Shown one piece after another: positions 10,758 to 20,859 of a DNA stretch of 61,643 bases; positions within the stretch are counted from its first letter, which is position 1, and every line of letters begins with the position of its first letter. The translations under genes were made by a program, and so were the position numbers. Source of the DNA: a virus (lineage: Duplodnaviria; Caudoviricetes); IMG/VR virus record IMGVR_UViG_3300037486_000465, positions 1 to 61,643 of that record, one strand, 5' to 3'. Below the pieces are notes generated by a model. It saw only the letters and a list, made by a program, of their open reading frames with translations, was not told the DNA's origin and ran no database searches.

Positions 10758-11315
10758 TTATTTCATTTCTTCACTTGTAATTTCATTTTTATCTAAATTA
10801 GCTACATCTTCTTCAGATGCATCTTTCAAATATCCAAACTCTTCAAACAAATCATACAATTCAACTAATACACCTTCCCCGCCTTTATTTTTTAATATAA
10901 ATTTTGCAGCCTTTTTAATTATATTAGGAGAATCTACTGTACAAAAGGTTAATTCTAATTTTTTAAACATTGATAAATCAAAATAATCATCACCAATAAA
11001 AGCTATTTCATTAATATTGCATTTGTATTTTTCAAAAAATATATCTACAAATCTACTTTTATCCAAACTTAGATCAGAATTTCTACTACAATAAAATTCT
11101 ATGTTTCTTTTAGCAGCCATCTTTTTATTAAAATTATCTCCTGATAATAAAATAATTTTAATTCCTGCTGCTGTAAATCTTTTAATTGCAGTAAAATCTT
11201 TACACATAAATCTCTTAGTTAATACATGGTGATTTTCATCATACACCTTTGTTCCATCTGTCAAAACACCATCTACATCTACTATTAATAATTTAATTTT
11301 TCCTATATTATTCAT
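10758..11315 (-). CDS. KdsC-like HAD phosphatase
   Basis: DVDGVLTDG, SG, K, IGDD.FD, GGEG. Confidence 0.88.
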   Translation of the reverse strand: MNNIGKIKLLIVDVDGVLTDGTKVYDENHHVLTKRFMCKDFTAIKRFTAAGIKIILLSGDNFNKKMAAKRNIEFYCSRNSDLSLDKSRFVDIFFEKYKCNINEIAFIGDDYFDLSMFKKLELTFCTVDSPNIIKKAAKFILKNKGGEGVLVELYDLFEEFGYLKDASEEDVANLDKNEITSEEMK

Positions 11316-11794
11316 CTTGATAAATTTAAATAAACCGGCATATTATTAAATAATATTTCTTTAAAGTTATTTTCCATATCTTCATCACTAATAGGCCAAT
11401 ATTGTTTGATATTTTTAAATCCACTCATATGATCTTTATCATCAGTTGCCCAATGTGACCATCCTAACCATTCATAATCTTTTCCTCTACCACTTCCAAC
11501 TAATTTAACTGGAATTGATTCATGATCTACATAATTTCTAATAAATTCAAATGGTCTATAAATCACAAATGGCGTGATAGAATAACAAATAGGTATCTTT
11601 TTCTCCATTGCTAAACCAATTCCTATGCCTAGCATTAATTGCTCCGCGGCTCCAACATTTATAAATCTTTTTTTAAAATTATTCTTAAAATCATCAAAAA
11701 GGTTATAACCTAAATCCCCTGTCACAAGATATATATTATCATCTTCTTGCATATGTTCATATAACAATCGTATAAATGTTTTTCTTACACTCAT
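11312..11794 (-). CDS. Transketolase pyrimidine-binding subunit (split enzyme)
   Basis: TGDLG, FINVGAAEQ, R.FE.IRN, G.SH. Confidence 0.88.
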   Translation of the reverse strand: MSVRKTFIRLLYEHMQEDDNIYLVTGDLGYNLFDDFKNNFKKRFINVGAAEQLMLGIGIGLAMEKKIPICYSITPFVIYRPFEFIRNYVDHESIPVKLVGSGRGKDYEWLGWSHWATDDKDHMSGFKNIKQYWPISDEDMENNFKEILFNNMPVYLNLSR

Positions 11795-12426
11795 AATAAA
11801 TTTGTTAAAATTTTCATGCCTAATTCGTATTGTTCTTTATTAATTTTAATATAATGCGCAGATAATCCACTTAAAAAGGGCAATATTTCTGTAGAAGTTC
11901 TATGAAAAATAATATTCGGTAAAAAACTTTTTAATCTTTTTTCAAGATAATCAAGATCAATAGTATCATAACATGACCATCCATTTGCGTTAACATGTAT
12001 TTCTATATTACAAATATTTTGATTTTTTATAAATGCTAATGATTCCCATATGCTTCCTTCAGCGCATTCACCATCAGAAATGGTAACATATACTTTTCTT
12101 TTTTGATCAATTAATGCTCTGCCTATTGCGATTGGCAAGCCACTGCCTAAACTACCAGTTGAACAATATATATAATTTTCTTCTTCTCGATTTGGATGTC
12201 CCCCGTGTCTACGTACTAAATCATCTGCATTAATATTATAATATTTTTCTAATGTAGCATATAATGCATATGCTGCATGCCCATTAGATAAAATAAAAAT
12301 ATCGTTTTCTTTTTTATTTTTAAAAATTTCGTCAATTATATCTATACAACTAAAACAACTCCCTACATGTTCTTCATTATGATCATATAAAAGTTTAAGT
12401 AATCTAGCCTTTAAGTTAAATTCCAT
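11791..12426 (-). CDS. Transketolase ThDP-binding subunit (split enzyme)
   Basis: H.GS, LSNGH, GHP, STGSLG.G, SDGE..EGS.WE..N. Confidence 0.9.
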   Translation of the reverse strand: MEFNLKARLLKLLYDHNEEHVGSCFSCIDIIDEIFKNKKENDIFILSNGHAAYALYATLEKYYNINADDLVRRHGGHPNREEENYIYCSTGSLGSGLPIAIGRALIDQKRKVYVTISDGECAEGSIWESLAFIKNQNICNIEIHVNANGWSCYDTIDLDYLEKRLKSFLPNIIFHRTSTEILPFLSGLSAHYIKINKEQYELGMKILTNLL

Positions 12427-12428
12427 AA

Positions 12429-13295
12429 TTATTTTTTAAGTATTTCTATAAGCCAATTTTCAAATCCATCTATATTATTTGCATTACGTTCTCGCTGTTC
12501 ATCTGTAAATATTGGTTGTGTATACATTTGCATATATAAATTATTATCGACTTCCATTTTTTTTATTAAATTTATTGCTTCATTTATACCAAGTTTCATA
12601 GTGTTTATAAAAGCGTTAGTATTCCAATCTTTTCCAACGTCAGGATCTCCCCAATATATTGGAATACTACCTACTAAAAAAGCGTCCATTAATTTTTCGG
12701 TAGTATATCCTGGATAAGAATTATTTTCGAATGTAATAGAATATTTGTGCTTATTTTGCTGAAAAAATTCATCCTTTGCTTCTCTCCAGTATTTTCCGTG
12801 TGAAGCTTTAATTAAACTAAAATCATTTGTTTTAAATTTTCCATACGAATGAATTTTTCCTAATGATTGCATATTTAATTTTTCATAAAATGCATTTCTA
12901 AAAAAATTATTCGGATTTGATACTATAAAAGAACAAAATCTGTCAAATTTTTCATAATTAAGACGATGACTAAATACTCTTTCTCGTAATTTTGGCCACA
13001 ATAAACAATAAATTTGCCATAACGGAAGTCTATAGTTAGTTTCGCTTTGAGGATCAAAACTAATACTATAATTACTTGCAAACTGTGAAGACCTCCAATT
13101 TTCTGCTAATATTAAAACCTTTTTGCATTTATATTTCGGAGTTTCTTGCATTCTATTGAAAATAGAATGAAATATAACATCAGGGTTGTGATTGTTATAC
13201 TCAACATCGAAATATTTTTTAAGAATAGGAGAAATAAAATCTTCTAAATTCCACTCTGGCCAAAAATCTGCAAAGGCTATACATAATTTATCCAT
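12429..13295 (-). CDS. Alpha-1,3/4-fucosyltransferase (GT10)
   Basis: FCSFIVSN, K...ITFENNSYPGYTTEK, IPIYWG. Confidence 0.9.
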   Translation of the reverse strand: MDKLCIAFADFWPEWNLEDFISPILKKYFDVEYNNHNPDVIFHSIFNRMQETPKYKCKKVLILAENWRSSQFASNYSISFDPQSETNYRLPLWQIYCLLWPKLRERVFSHRLNYEKFDRFCSFIVSNPNNFFRNAFYEKLNMQSLGKIHSYGKFKTNDFSLIKASHGKYWREAKDEFFQQNKHKYSITFENNSYPGYTTEKLMDAFLVGSIPIYWGDPDVGKDWNTNAFINTMKLGINEAINLIKKMEVDNNLYMQMYTQPIFTDEQRERNANNIDGFENWLIEILKK

Positions 13296-13819
13296 CAAGT
13301 TATTCTTTTAAGTATTGTTAATCCATTATTATTGATAAATGTTTGATGTATTTTCCAATTACTGTTTATTGCTAAAAACACATTTATAGCTGGGCCCAAT
13401 TGAAAACGACATGAATAAGTATCATGTAATATAATATATTTTTTGGCTTTTGATCCTAATTTACTTAATTCTTTATTAAGTTGTTCCATTGTATGTAAAG
13501 TATCTATAAAAAGTAAATCGGTTTCTTCTAATGAAATTTTAAGATCATCCCCTAAAATAAATTTAAAATCGACATTTATTTCTTTAGCAGCATCATATAC
13601 TTCTTGCAAATTTCCATCAAAGGTTTCGGGATATACTATATCTACTGAAACTAATTTTTTGGGTTTTGCTGCTAAAAATGCCCAAGTAGAAACAATTCCT
13701 CGTACACCCAATTCAGTAACATGCTCGCATTCTTTGGCATACTTTTTAAGTATAGGCATATGTTCATTTATATCGCTCGATAAAGTGCAAAAATATTCGT
13801 ATTTTTCTTGTGCAATCAT
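13295..13819 (-). CDS. Class I SAM-dependent methyltransferase
   Basis: SDINEH, ELGVR..VST, DLLFIDTLH, ILHDT, NNGL. Confidence 0.85.
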   Translation of the reverse strand: MIAQEKYEYFCTLSSDINEHMPILKKYAKECEHVTELGVRGIVSTWAFLAAKPKKLVSVDIVYPETFDGNLQEVYDAAKEINVDFKFILGDDLKISLEETDLLFIDTLHTMEQLNKELSKLGSKAKKYIILHDTYSCRFQLGPAINVFLAINSNWKIHQTFINNNGLTILKRIT

Positions 13820-13829
13820 TGTAACTTAA

Positions 13830-14576
13830 TTATTTGTAAAATATGTTATATAAATATTCCATTTTTTCAGTATCATTTCTGAATCTGGGATTCATTAATA
13901 AAAAATTTTGTGTAAGATTTGTAAAATTTAATTGTTCTGTTTTACATCTAAAAAATATGTATTTTTCTAAAATACTTTTTGGCGTATTTTTTAAAAAATC
14001 TAAATTATAATCAACAAAAGGAATGTGTGGTACTTTTTCTGTCATTAAAACGTCAGAACGTTGGAAATATAATCCTATATCAAAATCATCGCCATATCCG
14101 CTGTATTTAATTTCATTTTTATTACTAACAATATTTTCAATCATATCTCTTGAATACATCATAGCAGTGCCTGAAGGATATTTTACTTGTTTAGTTTTAA
14201 AATATAATTCTTCGTTAGGTTTTAAATTTATAATTATTTCATGACCTGCATAGTAATTTTTTCTGGGCTTATCTTCTAAATATTTGTATAAAGCATCTAA
14301 GCGAACAAATGTACTAGCATTTGGCCTAATAAGATAATCAAATTCAAAATTTTTTAAACAGAATTCAAAGGCCTTTATAGTTTTTGTTAATAAATTTGTG
14401 TCATCTTCAGATAAATGTAATTCATTATCAATCATTTCTTCTTTAGAATAACCTCCAAAATATGCAAATACTTTAATATTTGGAATATTTAAAGATCCCC
14501 AAGTTTTAAATGCACCTTTAATTATCGAAGGAAAAGAATTATTTTTTGATGCTAAAATAGGCAGTATAAGTTTCAT
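13830..14576 (-). CDS. Putative glycosyltransferase (GT31-like)
   Basis: KTW, KT.KAF, FDYLIR.N.S.F, SG, DD..IG. Confidence 0.6.
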   Translation of the reverse strand: MKLILPILASKNNSFPSIIKGAFKTWGSLNIPNIKVFAYFGGYSKEEMIDNELHLSEDDTNLLTKTIKAFEFCLKNFEFDYLIRPNASTFVRLDALYKYLEDKPRKNYYAGHEIIINLKPNEELYFKTKQVKYPSGTAMMYSRDMIENIVSNKNEIKYSGYGDDFDIGLYFQRSDVLMTEKVPHIPFVDYNLDFLKNTPKSILEKYIFFRCKTEQLNFTNLTQNFLLMNPRFRNDTEKMEYLYNIFYK

Positions 14577-15565
14577 TTCCAATAGCTATATAAGTTTTTA
14601 TCAATTTCATAATCCATATTTTTTACTTTTCTTTGTGGTTGTTCTTTTGCCCACAAAAACATTTTTTCTAAAAGATCGTATACGTTTGTATTATCTTTAA
14701 ATCCTAACATTTTTTTTGCCTTTGAATGATCTGAATAAGCAAATTTAACTTCATGACGAGGTTCTGCGTGTTTAATATCGCAATCATACCCATGTTGTTT
14801 AACAACACTTTTAAGAATATCTGCAATTTCATTTAATTTATATTCTTTATCTGCGCCAATATTAAAAGTTTCATTATTAAAGTCATTCATCAATGTTTCA
14901 AGGGGTTCCATATAATAATATATGTCAGAAAAAGCCCTTTTTTGTAATCCATCTCCATAAATTAATATGGGCTTATTATTTAAAACATTATAAATCCATA
15001 TGCCTATGACGTTTCTATATCGATCCCATATGTTTTGATATACTCCTATAATATTATGCGGACGAACAATAGTATAATTTAATCCGAATTGTTCATGCGC
15101 ACATCTTAAATCACTTTCAACTGCATTTTTTGCAATTCCATAGGGGTCAATTGGTTTAAGCTCATCATCTTCTTTAAACGGTGGTTTTCCTATTCCGTAT
15201 ACAGACATAGAAGAAGTAAATATTATTTTTTTAACATCATATTTAATACAATTATTAATAATATTGGCTGATCCTAAGATATTATTAGTATAATTATATT
15301 TCCTAATAAACGGAGAAAGACATTCTGCTGCATATGCAGCAAAATGATAAACAATATCTGGATGATGTTTTTCAAAAATATTTGTCAAATCATTAACAAT
15401 ATCTGAAGTATATAAATTTTGATTATTTATTATTCTATTATCTACATATTCTATGTATCCACCCGACAAATTATCAATTCCTAACACTTCATATCTTTTA
15501 TCTACTAAATATTTAGAAAAATTTGCGCCAATTAAACCAGCAATGCCTGTAATTAAAATTTTCAT
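14573..15565 (-). CDS. NAD-dependent NDP-sugar epimerase/dehydratase
   Basis: TGIAGLIG, DNLSGG, SS.SVYG, YGIAK (YxxxK). Confidence 0.92.
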   Translation of the reverse strand: MKILITGIAGLIGANFSKYLVDKRYEVLGIDNLSGGYIEYVDNRIINNQNLYTSDIVNDLTNIFEKHHPDIVYHFAAYAAECLSPFIRKYNYTNNILGSANIINNCIKYDVKKIIFTSSMSVYGIGKPPFKEDDELKPIDPYGIAKNAVESDLRCAHEQFGLNYTIVRPHNIIGVYQNIWDRYRNVIGIWIYNVLNNKPILIYGDGLQKRAFSDIYYYMEPLETLMNDFNNETFNIGADKEYKLNEIADILKSVVKQHGYDCDIKHAEPRHEVKFAYSDHSKAKKMLGFKDNTNVYDLLEKMFLWAKEQPQRKVKNMDYEIDKNLYSYWK

Positions 15566-15580
15566 AAAATTATAATATTT

Positions 15581-16306
15581 TTATATTATATTTCTATTTA
15601 AAGTATTAGTTTTATTTAATTTAGCTTTTAATTTATCTAAATTCATCGTAACATCATAAGGTCTTTCAAATTTATGATCATCTAATATAGGGATACAATC
15701 TTTTTGAGTTTCTTTTGCTAAATCGTATAATGTTTTAATTTCTGTTCCTACATTATAAACTCCACAAGCATCCAACATTATTAATTGAATAATTAGATCA
15801 GCGATAACTTCTACGTAATCTAAATTACTAATTAAATCTATCCAGCCGGTTTTCCATGGAAACGGACGGGGTTTAAAAGAGTTTCTTGCTATTAAATATT
15901 TTTTTGATATAGCCTGTATATATCCATCAGACAACAATTTTGTATATGTATACCAGTTATTAATATGTACAGGAACATCATCTTCACTTGCGCAAGATTT
16001 AGAATTTCCGTAAATATAATCTGTACTTATATGAACTAATTTTTTATCAAATGTATTGCATAAATCAGCTAAATAAATTACGCCCAAATAATTTATATTC
16101 CAATGACGTTCTTTAGTATTATCAATAGTATTAGTATATCCAATACAATTAATTATTGTATCATAATCATCTTTCATTATAAAATCTGCATATGACGCAG
16201 GAGAAAGAAAATCTATATTATTTTTTTTTCTACTTATGTAATCCCAGGAGGTTTGTTTAACTATTTCTGTTCCCAACAAGCCATCACCTAATATTAAAGG
16301 TTTCAT
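15581..16306 (-). CDS. RmlD-like NDP-4-keto-6-deoxyhexose reductase
   Basis: GDGLLG, INC, HISTDY, YTYTK. Confidence 0.8.
   Translation of the reverse strand: MKPLILGDGLLGTEIVKQTSWDYISRKKNNIDFLSPASYADFIMKDDYDTIINCIGYTNTIDNTKERHWNINYLGVIYLADLCNTFDKKLVHISTDYIYGNSKSCASEDDVPVHINNWYTYTKLLSDGYIQAISKKYLIARNSFKPRPFPWKTGWIDLISNLDYVEVIADLIIQLIMLDACGVYNVGTEIKTLYDLAKETQKDCIPILDDHKFERPYDVTMNLDKLKAKLNKTNTLNRNII
15585..15613 (-). promoter_or_regulatory. Phage promoter AAACT-N17-TATAA (internal to island)
   Basis: Minus strand AAAACT-aatactttaaatagaaa-TATAAT, 20 nt before the ATG at 15565. Confidence 0.6.
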
Positions 16307-17592
16307 AATTGAATGTTTTTTGTAATGTTGTCAATATATTCAAATGTTTTTTCTGTATAATTTGGAGAACACCCCAAGAAAAATACTTTCTCTAAAACTT
16401 GGTTAGAATTAGGATATTTTTCCCAATCATCTAAATTTTTATAAGCTGGATGCAACAAGATATTTCCTGCAAAATAATTTCTTGTTTGTATTTTATTTTT
16501 TTCTAGTTGTTCAACTAAACTTACCTTTATATTTTTAGATTTGCATATAATTGGTATTCCAAACCAAGATACAAAGGAACCTTCATTTTCATCTATAACT
16601 CTAATTCCTTTTAAATTTTTTTCTAAAATATTTTGTATTATTTTTTTGTGTCTAATTCTTCTTTCAATAATATTTTCAACTTTATCTAATTGGCATAATC
16701 CGATTGCGCCCTGAAAATCCATTGGTTTTAAATTATATCCAACATTTGTAAAAATATATTTATGATCTAATAAAATATCTTGTTCTGGAAGCCATTTACT
16801 AAATCTTTTTTTGCAAGATCCATTAGATAATAAATTTTCAACACCAACACATGTACAATCTCTGCCCCATGTTGCCATACTTTTAGCAATCTTAATAATT
16901 TCATATACATTTGAAGAAATCATTCCGCCTTCTCCTGTTGTAATATGGTGAGCAGGATAGAATGAACAGCTAGATGCAATTGAATATTCAGATAAATATC
17001 TATCTTTCCATTTTGATCCCAAACTATCACAATTATCCAATATTAATTCAATATTATATTTACGACACAGACTTAATAAAAAATCGATATCAGGTGGATT
17101 TCCTAATACAGGAGAAACAAAAATACCTTTAGTTTTTTCAGTTATTTTAGCCCCAATATCATATATATTGAAATTTAAAGTTTCAAATTCTATATCAATA
17201 AAAACTGGCTTTAAATTGTTTATAGTTATTGCTGATAATGTTGTTGGAAATCCCACAGCAGATAAAATTATTTCATCATTATCATTCCAATTAAAATATT
17301 TTTTAAGAGCAGCTATCATAATTAAATTAGCAGAACTGCCAGAATTAACCATAACAGAATAATCTAATTTAAATTTTTTAGAAAAAGCTTTTTCAAAATC
17401 ATGAACACTCGTTCCGCTTGAAAACCAATTTCCTAATATTAAAGATTCTATTATAGTATATAATTCTTTTTCATCATAATATGGACCAGAATAATACACA
17501 TTATCATCGCTTAAATGCATGAATTTTGGAATTTTTCCATAAATTCTATTCATATTAATTAAAAAGTCAGTTATATAAGCAGAAGGTTCCAT
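16303..17592 (-). CDS. rfbH: RfbH/DdhC-type CDP-4-keto-6-deoxyglucose 3-dehydratase (DegT family)
   Basis: NSGSSANL; SFYPAHHITTGEGG has His in place of the PLP-Lys; WGRDCTC..SC Fe-S motif; DHKY; GYNLKP. Confidence 0.85.
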   Translation of the reverse strand: MEPSAYITDFLINMNRIYGKIPKFMHLSDDNVYYSGPYYDEKELYTIIESLILGNWFSSGTSVHDFEKAFSKKFKLDYSVMVNSGSSANLIMIAALKKYFNWNDNDEIILSAVGFPTTLSAITINNLKPVFIDIEFETLNFNIYDIGAKITEKTKGIFVSPVLGNPPDIDFLLSLCRKYNIELILDNCDSLGSKWKDRYLSEYSIASSCSFYPAHHITTGEGGMISSNVYEIIKIAKSMATWGRDCTCVGVENLLSNGSCKKRFSKWLPEQDILLDHKYIFTNVGYNLKPMDFQGAIGLCQLDKVENIIERRIRHKKIIQNILEKNLKGIRVIDENEGSFVSWFGIPIICKSKNIKVSLVEQLEKNKIQTRNYFAGNILLHPAYKNLDDWEKYPNSNQVLEKVFFLGCSPNYTEKTFEYIDNITKNIQL

Positions 17593-17600
17593 AAATTTAT

Positions 17601-18407
17601 TTAATCATTTTTATATTCTTTTCTAACTTTAAGATTTTTTTTCCATGTTGCTTCAAGCATAATAGGATCTACATCATATAATTTAAAGTGATAAATCATT
17701 GCATTAACATCTTTTGGGAAACATGCGCCGCCAAAACCAAAATCTCCGTCAGGCCCAGGAACTGCCCAATGAGTTTTTCCAAGTCTTTTATCAAGCATCG
17801 TATATTTCGCAACTTCATCATAATCAATCTCAGCTTCTTTACAAAATTCGTAAATTTCATTAGCGTAACTTACTTTCATTGCTAAAAATGTATTTGCTAC
17901 ATATTTAACCATTTCAGCAATTCTATTAGTAGTATATACAATTTTAACCTTTGGAAATAATACTTTATAAAGTTTCCCCACTAATTTTGCATATGTTTTA
18001 ATTCCTCCTATTATTATTCTATCTTGATTAGCAAAATCTTCAACTGCGTTAGCAGCAGTTAAAAATTCAGGATTAAAGCATATATAAACGTTTGAAGTTA
18101 TAACATTCCATGAATCAGTTTTGCCAGGAGGAATAGTTGATTTTAAAATAATAATTTTTAATGATTTTGCTATATATGATATTTCTCGCAATACATCTTC
18201 AACTATAAATGTATTACATTTTCCTTCATCTCCCATCGGTGTAGGAAGACAAAGAAAAATAAATTCGCATTGATCTACAACTTCTTTAAATGTTGAATTA
18301 CATTTATCTTTGATTAAATCATATGTTAAAACTTCATATGCTTCTTTAAATTTCTGGTATACTGCGTTTCCTACAAAACCTTGACCAATTATTCCTATTT
18401 TTTCCAT
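17601..18407 (-). CDS. ugd: UDP-glucose/NDP-sugar 6-dehydrogenase (short form)
   Basis: GQGFVG, LPTP, KST, NPEFL, AEMVKY..N, GFGGACFPKD. Confidence 0.85.
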   Translation of the reverse strand: MEKIGIIGQGFVGNAVYQKFKEAYEVLTYDLIKDKCNSTFKEVVDQCEFIFLCLPTPMGDEGKCNTFIVEDVLREISYIAKSLKIIILKSTIPPGKTDSWNVITSNVYICFNPEFLTAANAVEDFANQDRIIIGGIKTYAKLVGKLYKVLFPKVKIVYTTNRIAEMVKYVANTFLAMKVSYANEIYEFCKEAEIDYDEVAKYTMLDKRLGKTHWAVPGPDGDFGFGGACFPKDVNAMIYHFKLYDVDPIMLEATWKKNLKVRKEYKND

Positions 18408-19183
18408 ATTTTAATATCGTTTAATGTATCTTTTAATAAATCGTTATAACTATATTTAATTTCTTTTGATTTAAGATATAAAATTTTTTTAGTTGCTACA
18501 TTATGAATAGTATTTTCGACTACATAATCTTCGTAACTTAATTTACTTTTTTTATATAATTCTCTAATAAAATCGTTTATAAAAGTAAGTCTCCCAGATC
18601 CTACAATTTCATCAGACATTGCTAACAAAGATCTTTCGACTAGATATTTTGGATGTATTAAATCTCTATAGAAATACGTGTCCCCTATTTCTATTTTTTT
18701 CTTATTTATTATTGAATCAAATATTTTAGAAAATAAAAAATCTGGTTTGCGATACGGAGAATTAAAATTAAATGGATGAAGAACAAAAACGTTTTTAACT
18801 TTTGATTCATGTATATCATCAGCCATTAAGTGTTTTGATAAACAATATGCAGCATAAGGAGACCTTTCATCATAATCAAATTTATCTTTTATATCAATCG
18901 CGCCTATATAATTATTCCACAATTCGCATGAACCATATACAATTAGGTAATTTGCTTTATTTTTAAAAAATTCAACTAATTCTAATATCAATGTAGTGTT
19001 AATGTCAGCGTATGCAGTTAATTCTTTTATTGTATGAATTCGCTGTTCGGCAAATGTTAGAAACACGCGATCGTAAAAACTATCTTTATAAAGTTTTAAA
19101 TTAATATTTCGTGAAGATATTTTTTCAAAATCTTTTGGAAAATAATGAGATAATTGTGATGTGCCTATTACTAAACTATTCAT
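18395..19183 (-). CDS. Divergent NAD-dependent epimerase/reductase
   Basis: YCLSK (YxxxK), FNFNSPYR, IGD..FYRD. Confidence 0.7.
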   Translation of the reverse strand: MNSLVIGTSQLSHYFPKDFEKISSRNINLKLYKDSFYDRVFLTFAEQRIHTIKELTAYADINTTLILELVEFFKNKANYLIVYGSCELWNNYIGAIDIKDKFDYDERSPYAAYCLSKHLMADDIHESKVKNVFVLHPFNFNSPYRKPDFLFSKIFDSIINKKKIEIGDTYFYRDLIHPKYLVERSLLAMSDEIVGSGRLTFINDFIRELYKKSKLSYEDYVVENTIHNVATKKILYLKSKEIKYSYNDLLKDTLNDIKIWKK

Positions 19184-19553
19184 ATTTTTTATATGATTTT
19201 TCCTCTATAATATCTGAATCATATTTTAAATTAATTTCTTTTTTAATTTCTGAACGTTTATCATTTAAATGATATATTTCTCTAGCATATAAAATAAAAT
19301 TCTCATCAAACTCTTCATTTCTTTCTTTTTCACGAATCATGTCTTCAACATTCCATAGTTGAAAATTAACATTTAAAAGTTTAGAATACAGCTTATCGTC
19401 AATAGGAAAATCTTCAGCAGCAGGCTTTAGTAATTCCATTTCTTTTATAATATTGACTAATTTAGTTATATCAGATATATGTCCACTCTTAATATCAAGA
19501 ATAGAAATCTTATCGTACAATTCACCTAACGATACGGGTATCAATATTTTCAT
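19176..19553 (-). CDS. DUF6165-like protein
   Basis: PVSLGELYDKISIL.IK, LW.VED.IR, ND.R..IK..IN, EEKSY. Confidence 0.8.
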   Translation of the reverse strand: MKILIPVSLGELYDKISILDIKSGHISDITKLVNIIKEMELLKPAAEDFPIDDKLYSKLLNVNFQLWNVEDMIREKERNEEFDENFILYAREIYHLNDKRSEIKKEINLKYDSDIIEEKSYKKYE

Positions 19554-19557
19554 AATT

Positions 19558-20838
19558 TTATATTATTTCAAATTTGGGACAAGGTATAATAAAATGCCCA
19601 CCATTTTCTAAATATTCTTTTTCTCTTTCTACAAATTCATTAATAAAATGCCACGGAAGAACAAGTAAATAATCTGGTTTAACCATTCTCATAGTTTCTT
19701 CTGAATGTATAGGAATATTAGTTCCGATTGTTTTTAATCCAAATTTATATGGACTTCGTTCTGCTGCACCATCAATTAGTTTATTATCTAATCCAAACCA
19801 TTGTAATAACGTATTTCCTTTTGTAGATGCCCCATAAACCCAAATACTTTTTCCTTGATTATGAGCATCTTTAATAAATTCTGCAGTTTTCATTTTAAGT
19901 AATTGTATTTTACTAGAAAAATCCATGTACGCATCTTGTTTATCAAGCTTTAAAGTTTTTTCGTATTCTCTTAATGCTTGTATTCTCATATTAGCTACAT
20001 CTCTATATGGAGAGGATCCAAAAGAATGTACGTTAGCTTTTTTCTTTTGAATATAAGTACGAAAGCTTCCTCCATTAATATCATTTAATTGTACATCAAC
20101 TACTTTAAATTTTGTTTTATCTAACATATATTCCATTGAATACAGCGAATGATAGAATACGTGTTCGTGGCAAATATTATCAAACGCTAATTGTTTTATC
20201 ATTAACGGCATGTAACTTTGCTGAATAACAAATAAACCGTCATCTTCCATTATATCATAGACATCTTTAAGAAATTCAATAGGATCATCAAGATCATAGA
20301 ACATTGCGATGCATGTAACTATAGAAGCTTTAGGTAATGGAGTAGTTCTATTACTAATATCTGGCCACATAGCTATATTTTCATAAACCTCTTTAGAAAA
20401 GAAATATTGATTGGCGCTTTCACTATTTTTTCTAGCTTTTTCTTGAAATACGCCTTCAGCAGGATCGATCGCAACTCGATAATAACTTTCCGGAGAAACA
20501 AAGCTTAATAGTGTTCCATCGTTAGAAGCAATATCTAAAAATACTTTTTGTTCAACTGTTTTAACTTTTGATAACTTTACTGCTGATTCAGCAATATCCT
20601 TTAATTCATTAGTCATTGAAGCATTAGTGCCGGAATGATACCAATATTTTCCATACATTAGATGTTTATCGGCGCTTTCTTTAAGTTGTAAACATTGAGT
20701 TTCTGAAGATAACATTAACGTTAAATCCCATTTTTTTACACCTTTATAATCTCCTTCTGTTTTAATAAAATCTGATATATAAAGATCTCCCAATGACAAT
20801 ATTTCAGTCATAGGTTTTTTAGTTATTCTGCAGTTCAT
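19558..20838 (-). CDS. NDP-hexose C-methyltransferase
   Basis: DIASNDG, FD.ICHEH, NGGS, YGASTKGNTLLQ, PDYLLVLPWHF. Confidence 0.88.
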   Translation of the reverse strand: MNCRITKKPMTEILSLGDLYISDFIKTEGDYKGVKKWDLTLMLSSETQCLQLKESADKHLMYGKYWYHSGTNASMTNELKDIAESAVKLSKVKTVEQKVFLDIASNDGTLLSFVSPESYYRVAIDPAEGVFQEKARKNSESANQYFFSKEVYENIAMWPDISNRTTPLPKASIVTCIAMFYDLDDPIEFLKDVYDIMEDDGLFVIQQSYMPLMIKQLAFDNICHEHVFYHSLYSMEYMLDKTKFKVVDVQLNDINGGSFRTYIQKKKANVHSFGSSPYRDVANMRIQALREYEKTLKLDKQDAYMDFSSKIQLLKMKTAEFIKDAHNQGKSIWVYGASTKGNTLLQWFGLDNKLIDGAAERSPYKFGLKTIGTNIPIHSEETMRMVKPDYLLVLPWHFINEFVEREKEYLENGGHFIIPCPKFEII

Positions 20839-20859
20839 TTTAATATAAATTTATATAGA

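Noticed and set aside
16303-17592. Sugar aminotransferase or ColD (colitose)
   Set aside because: His replaces the PLP-Lys, and the WGRDCxC Fe-S motif fits RfbH/E1
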